DNA of 64,000 nucleotides. Origin: Nitrosotalea sp. Lineage in GTDB: Archaea; Thermoproteota; Nitrososphaeria; Nitrososphaerales; Nitrosopumilaceae. Of this stretch, positions 9,006 to 18,085 are shown piece by piece. Numbering within the stretch: position 1 is the stretch's first letter; each line of letters begins with the position of its first letter. Both the position numbers and the translations under genes were made by a program. The DNA lies in contig JAHEXH010000002.1 in NCBI GenBank assembly GCA_023252235.1, forward strand, positions 6,031 to 70,030, in the 5' to 3' direction. The notes under the pieces were generated by a model. It saw only the letters and a list, made by a program, of their open reading frames with translations, was not told where the DNA came from and ran no database searches.

Positions 9006-10127
9006 ATGAAAAGCTGGATAAAAATAACATCTTTTCTTGCTACGCAGGCTGTTGTATTGGTTTTGTATCTAGTTTTAAGTTCTGGAATTTATGATTCAAA
9101 GGATTTTGCATTTGCGCAAAGCTCTTCGCTTACAATAATTTCACTCTCAAATGACAACAAGTTGATCGGATCAAGTCAATTTGTAATATCACCAAATCCT
9201 TTCACAGGTACAGGAAATTATACAGTTATAGATAATTCCGCAGATGATACTGAAAAAGACAAAGATGGTGTGATCACTTTGTCAGGAATAAAAAATGCAA
9301 ATTATACCATAATTCAGACAAGTACAACATATGGATTTAGTGTAGACCAGATTCAAAAGACAGTGCAGGTAAGAAATTCATCAGGTGTTGCAACCTTTAC
9401 GGATTTACCTACAAGCAATGCTGTATTGACAAGTTCTACAAGAAGTGTTACATATACAACCAAGTTTGAATGTGGTTCGATATACGCAGGAGAGGGACCG
9501 CTTAGACCTGGTCATTATGATACGGACATTAGTTTGTTTAATAAACAAAAATTCCAGACCCAGGTTCTTTGGAGTTCTGTACTTAACAATGGCCCAAGTT
9601 CAAATGCCATTTTGATGAAAATGGATTCTGAAACATCAAAGAGTATAACTTGTCACGACATCAGAACTGCACTTGGAAGCAATAATGAAAATTTTATTGA
9701 AGGGTTTACCATCATCAATGTTCCATTGGATTCGATGTTGAACAGTGGAACTGCAATAGCAAGTTCTACCCCGAATGATATCAATATTTTAGATGTTCAG
9801 GTATTTTATACTGCAAATGCTTTGGATATACTTCCTCATGAGGTAATTGTTGATAAAATTTCATTTTACATTGTTCAGGATTATAGCGGAAAAATTCCAC
9901 AGGACATGTTAAGAAAGACATTGGATATTTCTCTATCAAGCGGTCTCAATCAAGTTTCAGATACAGAAATGAAGGTAAAGAAATCAATGGAAAAACAATA
10001 TAATCTAACTGATGATGACTTGACAAAGATTGTAATCAGAATAAAGAGTGTCTCAGTTGGTGTAGGAGTTTTAATTGATGATCATGCCATTTCGTTATCT
10101 ACAGTAAAGCCTCAGCTAAGTTCTTAG
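9006..10127 (+). CDS. Secreted hypothetical protein (beta-rich N-terminal domain plus Cys-pair domain)
   Basis: Hydrophobic N-terminus and AFAQ; Ser/Thr-rich; YTTKFECG...SITCHDI...LDVQVFYTA. Confidence 0.7.
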   Translation: MKSWIKITSFLATQAVVLVLYLVLSSGIYDSKDFAFAQSSSLTIISLSNDNKLIGSSQFVISPNPFTGTGNYTVIDNSADDTEKDKDGVITLSGIKNANYTIIQTSTTYGFSVDQIQKTVQVRNSSGVATFTDLPTSNAVLTSSTRSVTYTTKFECGSIYAGEGPLRPGHYDTDISLFNKQKFQTQVLWSSVLNNGPSSNAILMKMDSETSKSITCHDIRTALGSNNENFIEGFTIINVPLDSMLNSGTAIASSTPNDINILDVQVFYTANALDILPHEVIVDKISFYIVQDYSGKIPQDMLRKTLDISLSSGLNQVSDTEMKVKKSMEKQYNLTDDDLTKIVIRIKSVSVGVGVLIDDHAISLSTVKPQLSS

Positions 10128-10157
10128 AAAAATAAAATAATAAAAAGGAAGTTAATT

Positions 10158-10294
10158 TTAGAGTCTTGGAATTACTCTAGTCTTTGCAGCAAACACTACC
10201 ATGCTCAATACAGCAATTGCAAGAACTATTGATGCGACTGGACCAAACTCTGGTACGGTTGCATTGTCTGCTGGTGCTGTGGTTGTTGCTGGTG
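10158..10294. repeat. 137-bp 3' module duplicated at 10869-11005 (one mismatch)
   Basis: Direct comparison; only 10277 (c) vs 10988 (t) differ. Confidence 0.95.
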
Positions 10295-10712
10295 CTGCTG
10301 GTGTGGTACTAGCTGCTGCTTCACCTACGATCACTTGACCGACCATCCATGGATGTACGGTGCAAAAGTAATCATATGTTCCTGCAGTTGCAAAAGTGAA
10401 TTTGAATTCGTTACCTTTCTTGACTAGTCCACTGTCAAACATTGAGCCTGCATTGTCATCACTGACTTTGCCGCTTGTTACTGTGTGACTTACGGTATCG
10501 GTATTCTTCCATTCAACTTCTGTTCCAGGTGCAACAGTTATTGGATTTGGAGAGAAACAATTGTTTGTAGTAACACATGCTGCGCTTGCGCTTGCGCCTG
10601 CGCCTGTTGCGATATCTACTTCACTTGCTGTCTGTCCAAATGCTGGTGCTACACCTAAAATAGCAACTAGAGCCAAAAGACCAAATAGTGCGCCAAATGG
10701 TTTTGACTTCAT
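10158..10712 (-). CDS. Plastocyanin/azurin-like type-1 blue copper protein with PEFG-CTERM anchor
   Basis: HTVTSG and YDYFCTVHPWMVG (His/Cys/His/Met). ATG 10712 chosen by identity with the neighbour's start. Confidence 0.93.
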   Translation of the reverse strand: MKSKPFGALFGLLALVAILGVAPAFGQTASEVDIATGAGASASAACVTTNNCFSPNPITVAPGTEVEWKNTDTVSHTVTSGKVSDDNAGSMFDSGLVKKGNEFKFTFATAGTYDYFCTVHPWMVGQVIVGEAAASTTPAAPATTTAPADNATVPEFGPVASIVLAIAVLSMVVFAAKTRVIPRL

Positions 10713-10721
10713 TGTTTTGTG
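10633..10721. repeat. 89-bp signal-peptide/5' module duplicated exactly at 11452-11540
   Basis: Identical DNA encoding MKSKPFGALFGLLALVAILGVAPAFG(Q) plus 9 nt upstream. Confidence 0.95.
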
Positions 10722-10868
10722 TGATATCAAGCTACTATAAAAATCTCTCAGATAATTCTCTAAAAACTACCAGTATTTGCTGGGCTGTATTAGAGAATAG
10801 AATGTAATAATTCACTGGCACATAAGATCGCTTTACAAAATCAAATAAAAAGAAAATTAGGGTTGATT

Positions 10869-11531
10869 TTAGAGTCTTGGAATTACTCTAGTCTTTGCAG
10901 CAAACACTACCATGCTCAATACAGCAATTGCAAGAACTATTGATGCGACTGGACCAAACTCTGGTACGGTTGCATTGTCTGCTGGTGTTGTGGTTGTTGC
11001 TGGTGAGGTTGTTGTCATATTGCTCGTCATATTTGACATAGGTGCCATTGTTGTATCTGGTACAACTTGTGAAAAACTAAGCACTTCACCTTTAACACCG
11101 GTCCACATTGATGGATCTGCTGTAGGAAGACCAACACCGTTTAGTGTTATTTTTATGTCTACAGGATTGACAGATGTAGCAGCTGAAGTAGTTTGGGTAT
11201 CATCACCTGTGTGTGTATGTCCAGCTGAATTTGACAATATACTATTACCATCTTGTGTTACAGTAATTGCATAGTTTTGATGTTTTATTTTATTTCCATT
11301 AGCATCTGTGAATGATATTGCTAATGACAATGGTTGTCCATTTATCAGATGACTGGTAGTTACTATGACTGTTGTGCCATCAGAAGCTTTTGCACTATGC
11401 ATCATCTTCCCAGCTACAACATTACCTGTTGATTGATCTGGTGTATCATATTGTCCAAATGCTGGTGCTACACCTAAAATAGCAACTAGAGCCAAAAGAC
11501 CAAATAGTGCGCCAAATGGTTTTGACTTCAT
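10869..11531 (-). CDS. PEFG-CTERM surface protein with His/Met-rich putative metal-binding domain
   Basis: KMMHS, HQNY..GHTHTGD, MAPMSNMTSNM; same signal peptide and anchor as the cupredoxin gene. Confidence 0.85.
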   Translation of the reverse strand: MKSKPFGALFGLLALVAILGVAPAFGQYDTPDQSTGNVVAGKMMHSAKASDGTTVIVTTSHLINGQPLSLAISFTDANGNKIKHQNYAITVTQDGNSILSNSAGHTHTGDDTQTTSAATSVNPVDIKITLNGVGLPTADPSMWTGVKGEVLSFSQVVPDTTMAPMSNMTSNMTTTSPATTTTPADNATVPEFGPVASIVLAIAVLSMVVFAAKTRVIPRL

Positions 11532-11646
11532 TGTTTTGTGATATACTTTAGACTTTAAAAATATGATCTATTTTCAAACTATTTCAACATTACAAGTATC
11601 ATTTTTTATGATATACTAGTTTGATCAAAATTTGATTTTATGATAA

Positions 11647-12495
11647 TTAAATTTTAGAACTAGCGATAGTTTTCCTTACGAATTTGTTCCTTGTTTTCAA
11701 CGATTTTATCCCTAGTGAAACTCCAAAAATAATAATTGAAATAAGTACAATCATTCCGCCAGGTGCAACATTTAGCACATATGAAGATAGTATACCTACC
11801 ACAGCAGAAAATACTGCAAAGATCATTGAAAGTATTGCAGTTTGCTTAAAGCCCCTAGAAAATAAAATCGCAGTAACATTTGGTACTACAATAAGAGAAG
11901 AAGTTAACAAGATTCCAACAAGCTGCATTGAACTTACTACGGCAATAGCAGCAATCACAACAAAAAGATAATTCATCTTCTCTACCGGTATTCCACTTAC
12001 CTTTGCTTGCTCTTCGCTAAATGTTGTGTATACCAATCTTCTATATAGCAATAAAACTATAACAAGTATTGTTCCGCACAGTCCCAAAATAAGCAGAGTG
12101 TTTTGTAAACTTACAAGCAGTATACTACCAAAAAGGAAACTGAATATGTCAACAGTAAAACCTTTTGCCATACTTATCAAAATCACACCCATCGCAAGAC
12201 CAGATGAGAGTAATATGGCTACAGTTGCATCACTAGAAATTTGAAATTTCTGTTTGATCTTTGTAAGAGCCAACGCACTTGAAACAGATACAGCAAATGC
12301 AGTCCACAGAGGATATACTCCAAGATAAAGTCCTGCAGCAATTCCTCCAAATGCTGCATGGGCAAGTGCATCACCAAAAAGCGATTGTTTTCTTAGAACA
12401 AGAAACAAACCAATCACTGAACACATTAAAGATATTGCAATTCCAGAGACAATAGCTCTTTGCATAAATGCATATGTTAGAATATCAAAACTCAT
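11647..12495 (-). CDS. znuB: Zn/Mn ABC transporter permease
   Basis: ABC-3 motifs SLFGDALAHAAFGG, FSFLFGSIL, VGILL. Confidence 0.9.
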   Translation of the reverse strand: MSFDILTYAFMQRAIVSGIAISLMCSVIGLFLVLRKQSLFGDALAHAAFGGIAAGLYLGVYPLWTAFAVSVSSALALTKIKQKFQISSDATVAILLSSGLAMGVILISMAKGFTVDIFSFLFGSILLVSLQNTLLILGLCGTILVIVLLLYRRLVYTTFSEEQAKVSGIPVEKMNYLFVVIAAIAVVSSMQLVGILLTSSLIVVPNVTAILFSRGFKQTAILSMIFAVFSAVVGILSSYVLNVAPGGMIVLISIIIFGVSLGIKSLKTRNKFVRKTIASSKI

Positions 12496-12496
12496 A

Positions 12497-13222
12497 CTAA
12501 TCCTCGTGCTTGTGCATATGCATTTGCATTGATGACTCTGAATACATTTTTAGTAAATCTTCATTGTGGAAAAATTCTTCAGATATTCCATGGAAAGATA
12601 GAGTTCTGTTAAGACATGCAACTTTTGTTGCAAGTCTTGCTACTGCATCCAGATCGTGTGATGACCAGATAATTGTAATTCCTTCTTTTCTATTAAGATC
12701 ATTTAGAATCTGGTAAAAAAATTCCATACTTTGGGAATCGATTCCTGTTACTGGCTCATCTAAAATAAGCACTTTAGGATCGTTTATCAGAGCTTTTGCT
12801 ATGAAGACACGTTGTTGTTGTCCTCCTGACAGATCACCAATTCTACGTTTACCAAGTTCATGTAGCCAGACTTTTTGAAGAGATTCATCTACCTTGTCCT
12901 TATCATAACCTTTCATGATACCCATTCCAACTATTTCTTCAACAGTTGCAGGAAAATTCTTTTCAAATACAGGTTTTTGAGGTACAAAACCTATCTTACT
13001 TAGATGCTGTGTGGATTTTCGAATATCTTTACCAAAAAATTTGATAGTTCCTTGATAATTTGTAATTAAACCTAACATGCAACTAAAGAGTGTAGTCTTG
13101 CCTGCACCATTTGGTCCTATTATTCCAAGAAAGTCCTTTTCTTCAACAGAAAATGTAACCTTGTCAAGTGCTGAGACTCCCTCATATGAGACAGTCAGGT
13201 TTTCAATCTCAACTAATTTCAT
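12497..13222 (-). CDS. znuC: Zn/Mn ABC transporter ATP-binding protein
   Basis: GPNGAGKT, LSGGQQQR, ILDEP, SHD; C-terminal HMHKHED. ATG 13222 overlaps the upstream stop (ATGA). Confidence 0.92.
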   Translation of the reverse strand: MKLVEIENLTVSYEGVSALDKVTFSVEEKDFLGIIGPNGAGKTTLFSCMLGLITNYQGTIKFFGKDIRKSTQHLSKIGFVPQKPVFEKNFPATVEEIVGMGIMKGYDKDKVDESLQKVWLHELGKRRIGDLSGGQQQRVFIAKALINDPKVLILDEPVTGIDSQSMEFFYQILNDLNRKEGITIIWSSHDLDAVARLATKVACLNRTLSFHGISEEFFHNEDLLKMYSESSMQMHMHKHED

Positions 13223-14127
13223 GAGCACAATGCTTCCTTTAGATTTGATAGATTGTTTTGCATTTTTTTTATATAGTCATCGTTTATGTTTGTAATCTCA
13301 AGAGGACTAAGAACAAGTACTTTACCATGTATTTCATCAGCTATAACTTTTGATATTTGGGGATTTACTGCCTCTTCAGTAAAGACTACATTAATTCCAA
13401 GAGTTTGTGCTTTATGTGTTATCTCTTCAAGTTTTGTTGCAGTTGGTTCATTTTCGGGATTTAATCCGCCAACAATTGTATTTTGATTCAATCCATATTC
13501 TTTTGAAAAATAGGAAAATGCATCATGAAATGCAAGGAAATTTTTTTTGTTGCAACTTGCAAGATCTGTTCTAATTTTGTTATCAAGAAGATCTAATTTT
13601 GTCTTGTATTGATTTGCATTTTGTTGATAGTAATCTGCATTTTCTGGATCAGACTTTATCAGACCGTCTGCAATATTTTGTATTTGGATCTTGACAAGTA
13701 CAGGATCTAGCCATATATGCGGATCAGTCATGCTCTTACCTTCACTTTTTTGTAACAATGGAATATTTTTACTCGAATCAATAACAGTGATGTCAGGATT
13801 TGCAGAAACAAGTTTTGATATCCAAGATTCAAGTCCTGCACCATTGATGATTACCATTCTTGCCTTTTTGAGATTCTCAATATCTTGAACTGTAGGCTCC
13901 CAATCATGCGGTTCAACTCCAGATGGAATAATAACAGAAACATCAACTTTCTCGCCACCAACAGCTTTTGTAAATTTGTAAATTGGATAGAAACTGACTA
14001 GAATTTTGTGTCGCTCTGAGATTTGTGTAACTGTTTCTTTATTTTGTTCTGATATCCACAAGGCATAGCCAGATAACGGTATTACAATTACAATTGCCAG
14101 TATTGCAGTCTTGGTACCTATATTCAA
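13219..14127 (-). CDS. znuA: Zn/Mn ABC transporter substrate-binding protein (cluster A-I)
   Basis: EPHDWEP, DPHIWLDP, FHDAFSY His ligands. Confidence 0.9.
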   Translation of the reverse strand: MNIGTKTAILAIVIVIPLSGYALWISEQNKETVTQISERHKILVSFYPIYKFTKAVGGEKVDVSVIIPSGVEPHDWEPTVQDIENLKKARMVIINGAGLESWISKLVSANPDITVIDSSKNIPLLQKSEGKSMTDPHIWLDPVLVKIQIQNIADGLIKSDPENADYYQQNANQYKTKLDLLDNKIRTDLASCNKKNFLAFHDAFSYFSKEYGLNQNTIVGGLNPENEPTATKLEEITHKAQTLGINVVFTEEAVNPQISKVIADEIHGKVLVLSPLEITNINDDYIKKMQNNLSNLKEALCS

Positions 14128-14218
14128 CGAAAATTCTGCTTTATTGTTATTAATAAGTCTAAGAAATATTAATAATTTTTACTATTAAACTTATAAGATA
14201 CTTAATAACATAGAATCC
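14128..14218. promoter_or_regulatory. Divergent promoter region with palindromic TATTA/TAATA elements
   Basis: TGTTATTAA (14145-14153) and TTAATAACA (14202-14210) are exact inverted copies; TATTA-N15-TAATA at 14183-14207. AT-rich background weakens this. Confidence 0.4.
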
Positions 14219-14602
14219 ATGCCAATAGTCTCAATATCTCTCAATGATGAGATACTTTCTGAATTAGACAGAATACAAAAGACAATGGGATTTACTGGCA
14301 GGTCTGAAATTATTCGTGCAGGAATAAGAAATCTAGTAGCAGAAGAAAAACAGCATGCTACGCTGTCTGGATCAATTCATGCGATTCTCATGGTTGTCCA
14401 CGATGAAGAATCAGAACAGGTTGTGACAGGAATCAAGCATAATCATGAAGATTTGATTGGCACACATCTACATAGTAAAGTAGATGGTAACAAGTGCATG
14501 GAGCTCTTCTTGTTACATGGCGACGCTTCAAAGATTAGTGTCATGACACGAGACTTTCAGACAAACAAAAAGATGGATAATGTCAAACTAGTTGCAATGT
14601 AG
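14219..14602 (+). CDS. NikR-family ribbon-helix-helix metal-responsive regulator
   Basis: MPIVSISLNDEILSELD..GFTGRSEIIRAGIR (RHH) plus ACT-like metal domain HNHEDLIGTHLHSKVDGNKCME. Confidence 0.9.
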   Translation: MPIVSISLNDEILSELDRIQKTMGFTGRSEIIRAGIRNLVAEEKQHATLSGSIHAILMVVHDEESEQVVTGIKHNHEDLIGTHLHSKVDGNKCMELFLLHGDASKISVMTRDFQTNKKMDNVKLVAM

Positions 14603-14623
14603 AATTTTATTTACCTAATAGAA

Positions 14624-15556
14624 CTATATTCCGTTTTCATTTAGAATTAGTGCAAGAAGAGTTGCACGAGTATCTTTTCCATATTGCGCTTGTTTAAAGT
14701 ACTTGGCTTGTTTTGTAGAATCAATCTCTGGAGATATTTCATCAAGACGTGGTAATGGATGCATTATGATGGCATCATCTTTTATTTTCTTTACTAGTTC
14801 TGGACCAATTTTGTAACTTCCTCTAACTTTGACATACTCTTCAATGTCAACAAATCTTTCTTTTTGTATTCTTGTTACATATATTACATCTAGATCTTCA
14901 AGATTTTCTTCCAAATCACTAGTCTCAGTATATTGGAGTTTTTTTCGTATTTCATAAGTGGAATCAGATCTGATTTTAAGTGAAGGTGGAGATATTAGCT
15001 TGACATCAACGTTGTAATTACTTAGAGCATACAAAAGCGAATAGACAGTTCTTCCATATTTTAGATCTCCAATAATTCCTATTTTGAGACCATCAATTTT
15101 CTTTTTTTCTTTTCTTATAGTGTAAAGATCAAGTATTGCCTGTGTTGGGTGTTCTTCTGTACCGCTACCTGCATTAATCAATGGCTTTTCTGATATTTCG
15201 GCTGCAAATCTACTAGAACCATCAAGTTGATGCCTAAGAATCAGGACATCAGAATACAAAGACATGATTTTTACAGTATCTGCAAGACTTTCACCCTTTT
15301 TTGCAGAAGAGGATGAGGCATCAGATATTCCAAGAGATGTTCCTCCGATTGAGGCCATTGCGGCTTCAAAACTTAATCTGGTTCTAGTGCTAGGTTCAAA
15401 AAACAGATACCCAAGTGTCTTTCCACGTACAAGCTCTCTTCTCTCATTTGGGTTCATCTCAATTATTTTGTCAGTTGCTTGGAAAACAGTTTCAAACTTT
15501 TGTTTATCAAAATCTCTCACTGAGACAATATCTTTTTGGAAAAAAGAATTGCTCAT
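14624..15556 (-). CDS. pyrB: Aspartate carbamoyltransferase catalytic subunit
   Basis: FFEPSTRTRLSF, HPTQ, GDLKYGRT, HPLPR. Start reassigned to ATG 15556 (MSNSFFQKD). Confidence 0.97.
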   Translation of the reverse strand: MSNSFFQKDIVSVRDFDKQKFETVFQATDKIIEMNPNERRELVRGKTLGYLFFEPSTRTRLSFEAAMASIGGTSLGISDASSSSAKKGESLADTVKIMSLYSDVLILRHQLDGSSRFAAEISEKPLINAGSGTEEHPTQAILDLYTIRKEKKKIDGLKIGIIGDLKYGRTVYSLLYALSNYNVDVKLISPPSLKIRSDSTYEIRKKLQYTETSDLEENLEDLDVIYVTRIQKERFVDIEEYVKVRGSYKIGPELVKKIKDDAIIMHPLPRLDEISPEIDSTKQAKYFKQAQYGKDTRATLLALILNENGI

Positions 15557-15599
15557 TGGCAATTCACTATTATATATGAGTAGTATACAAACTATTCCA

Positions 15600-16061
15600 A
15601 TGTCAGAGTCTGATCTTATCGTAAGGAGGATCAAAAACGGAACTGTGATTGATCACATAGAATCTGGGAAAGGTTTGAAGGTATTGAATGCGTTAGGTAT
15701 AGACGGTACAGACGGCAATGTAATTACAATCGCACTAAATGTTCCAAGCTCCAAGGTTGCAAAAAAAGACATCATAAAAGTAGAGAATAGATTCTTACAA
15801 GATACAGATACCAACAAACTTGCACTTATTGCTCCAAAGGCAACAGTGAACATAATTCGTGATTACAAACTGGTTGAGAAGAGACGTGTTACTTTACCAA
15901 ATCAAATAGAGAGAATTTTTCGATGTTCAAATCCAGATTGTATAACAAATAGTGATGAGGATATTCAACCCATCATGGATGTTGTTGACAAAACAGGACT
16001 TGTTCTAAGATGCAGATATTGTACAAGAACTTTGGATGTCAATGAACTGAAATATTATTAG
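15600..16061 (+). CDS. pyrI: Aspartate carbamoyltransferase regulatory subunit
   Basis: IKNGTVIDHI, KKDIIKVE, CSNPDCIT..CRYC. ATG 15600 gives 153 aa; alternative ATG at 15576. Confidence 0.96.
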   Translation: MSESDLIVRRIKNGTVIDHIESGKGLKVLNALGIDGTDGNVITIALNVPSSKVAKKDIIKVENRFLQDTDTNKLALIAPKATVNIIRDYKLVEKRRVTLPNQIERIFRCSNPDCITNSDEDIQPIMDVVDKTGLVLRCRYCTRTLDVNELKYY

Positions 16062-16066
16062 AATTT

Positions 16067-18082
16067 CTATTTCTTTTCTATTTGCATTTCATATTGGTCA
16101 TAGGTGAACTTTCTTGGAGTTCCAAATGGTTTGAATGCTCTTCCATTACCATGATAGAATTTTGAGAAGAATTCAACATAGATCAATCTGGCTCCCTGAA
16201 TACCTGGCTCAAAGACACCAATTATAATATTGAATATGTGACCTATGAAGAGTATTATTGTTCCAAGAACAATGTAAGGAATCGAGTGGTGTAATGTCTT
16301 GACAAAGATAAAGTCAATTACATCAGCCAAGATAACAGATGCCAACAAAATACCGATAATTCTTGTGTATGAGAGTATGTGACTTACAATGGATGGCAAT
16401 TCCATTATAGCTCTTGGACCTTCTCCTACAAACATTAGTGCAATTCCACCCATCATTAGGCCTATGTAGGCTGCCCCCGATACACTATGTACTGGGTTAA
16501 TGTGTTGGTGATGCATTAGTGCAAGACCCAAGAGTACTACACCCCAACCAAAGAGCAACCAGCCCATTTTACCAATTGCGTGTTTTTTGAGACCTTCACG
16601 CATACTGTTCAACATACCAAGAACTAGTCCAAATGTTACCATTCCAAGACCAATGTATCCACTGATTAACAATAGCTTTCTTAGGCCATGAATTGGACTG
16701 AATATTGTTCCATCTGCTGGAAGGTGTAAACCTAGAGTACTATTGAGAAAGCCAAACAGGTAACCGTTAAGATGGAATCCAAAGTAGAGGTTAAACACAA
16801 ATCCTAATCCAATAGCAATGATAGCACCTGGTGTCATTGCTTTTGCTAGTTTTGACATTTGTCGTTTCTTTAGTATATTCAACGCAAACTTTCGCAACAT
16901 TCCGGGCATGATGTTAAAGTCTCTCTTTCCACCATCGATTCTTCGGATAACCCATCTACAAACTAAGAGTATGACAAGTCCATATCCTGCATCTCCCACC
17001 ATCATTCCATAGAATATTGGAAATAGCAAACCAAAGATTAGTGTTGGATCAAATTCTTTGCCTTCTGGTAAAGAATAGAACCTGATAAAGGCCTCAAACA
17101 GTTTGAATCTTTTTGGATTATCAAATTGTGTTGGAGGATGCTCATCTGTTTCAAGTTCAAATAGCATTGTACCTTTGGTATTTTTTTCAAATACTGTTCT
17201 TAGTTGATTTATCTTTGATTTTGGTATCCAGCCTTCAAGAGCAAACGAGTCAGATGTAACTCCCAAGTTATCAATGACTTCAAGCTTTTTGTTTTCAATT
17301 TCAAGTTGTTCCTCTATGCATACGATATTAACATAATGAGCCTTTGAGATTTCACCTAACTGTCTCTCAACTTCTTTTAGTTTTTGTGATATCTCAGATT
17401 GTTTTGTTTTTAGTTTTTGAATTAGCTGGTCTGCCTTTCCATCTAGCTTTGGAGATGCTTCTATTTTTACATCATATTCTTGAACTACAGTGGCGAGTGC
17501 ATGTGGTGGGAAGTTTGGAAATGTTACAAGAACCATGTTTGTGGTATCTTTTCCTTCTTTTGGATAGACAAAGACATCTTGACTGTTAACATCAAGTGCC
17601 TTTTTAAAAGCAGGATAATTCTTTGAAGATATTCTACCAAAGTAAGAATGCGCCATTTTTAATTGAAGAACATTAAAGTCCTCTGGGAAAAACGAGAATT
17701 CCTCAACTAGTTTGATATTATTTTCTGTCTCATTGAGTTGTGTTAGAAGACCTTCCTTTTCTTTTTCCAAGGAGGCAACTTTGCTATCAACATCAATGGA
17801 TTTTGTAGCCTGCATTATTTGGTCTACTGAGGTAAATCTCTGGCACTGTGTAGCTTCTATTGGAGGAAGTACAGTTTTCAGTGCCTTCATTCGTAATAGT
17901 TGGTCGGATACTTGTCTGAATAGATCATTGTCACGCTCATTTCTTAGCATAGAGGCAACATCTTTTGAGAGTGGTTCTAGCTGTACAACATTAAGATCAT
18001 GTAAAATAGAGACTACAGTTTGATTTTCTTTTCGCAGACCAAGCACTGCAATTTTTCTCATTGGTATTGGTTTTAGAACCAA
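16067..18082 (-). CDS. atpI: V/A-type ATP synthase subunit I (a)
   Basis: LEGWIP, DPT, GDAGYG, ILSYTRI, RLIYVEFFSKFY. Confidence 0.96.
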   Translation of the reverse strand: MVLKPIPMRKIAVLGLRKENQTVVSILHDLNVVQLEPLSKDVASMLRNERDNDLFRQVSDQLLRMKALKTVLPPIEATQCQRFTSVDQIMQATKSIDVDSKVASLEKEKEGLLTQLNETENNIKLVEEFSFFPEDFNVLQLKMAHSYFGRISSKNYPAFKKALDVNSQDVFVYPKEGKDTTNMVLVTFPNFPPHALATVVQEYDVKIEASPKLDGKADQLIQKLKTKQSEISQKLKEVERQLGEISKAHYVNIVCIEEQLEIENKKLEVIDNLGVTSDSFALEGWIPKSKINQLRTVFEKNTKGTMLFELETDEHPPTQFDNPKRFKLFEAFIRFYSLPEGKEFDPTLIFGLLFPIFYGMMVGDAGYGLVILLVCRWVIRRIDGGKRDFNIMPGMLRKFALNILKKRQMSKLAKAMTPGAIIAIGLGFVFNLYFGFHLNGYLFGFLNSTLGLHLPADGTIFSPIHGLRKLLLISGYIGLGMVTFGLVLGMLNSMREGLKKHAIGKMGWLLFGWGVVLLGLALMHHQHINPVHSVSGAAYIGLMMGGIALMFVGEGPRAIMELPSIVSHILSYTRIIGILLASVILADVIDFIFVKTLHHSIPYIVLGTIILFIGHIFNIIIGVFEPGIQGARLIYVEFFSKFYHGNGRAFKPFGTPRKFTYDQYEMQIEKK

Positions 18083-18085
18083 AAT

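Noticed and set aside
7445-11540. Repeats interpreted as a CRISPR array, IS ends or DGR template/variable pair
   Set aside because: Repeats are in-frame coding modules, irregularly spaced; no cas, transposase or reverse transcriptase gene, and no adenine-specific mismatch pattern.
15264-15634. 370-bp head-to-head overlap of pyrB and pyrI
   Set aside because: Artefact of longest-ORF start calls; recognisable proteins begin at 15556 and about 15600.
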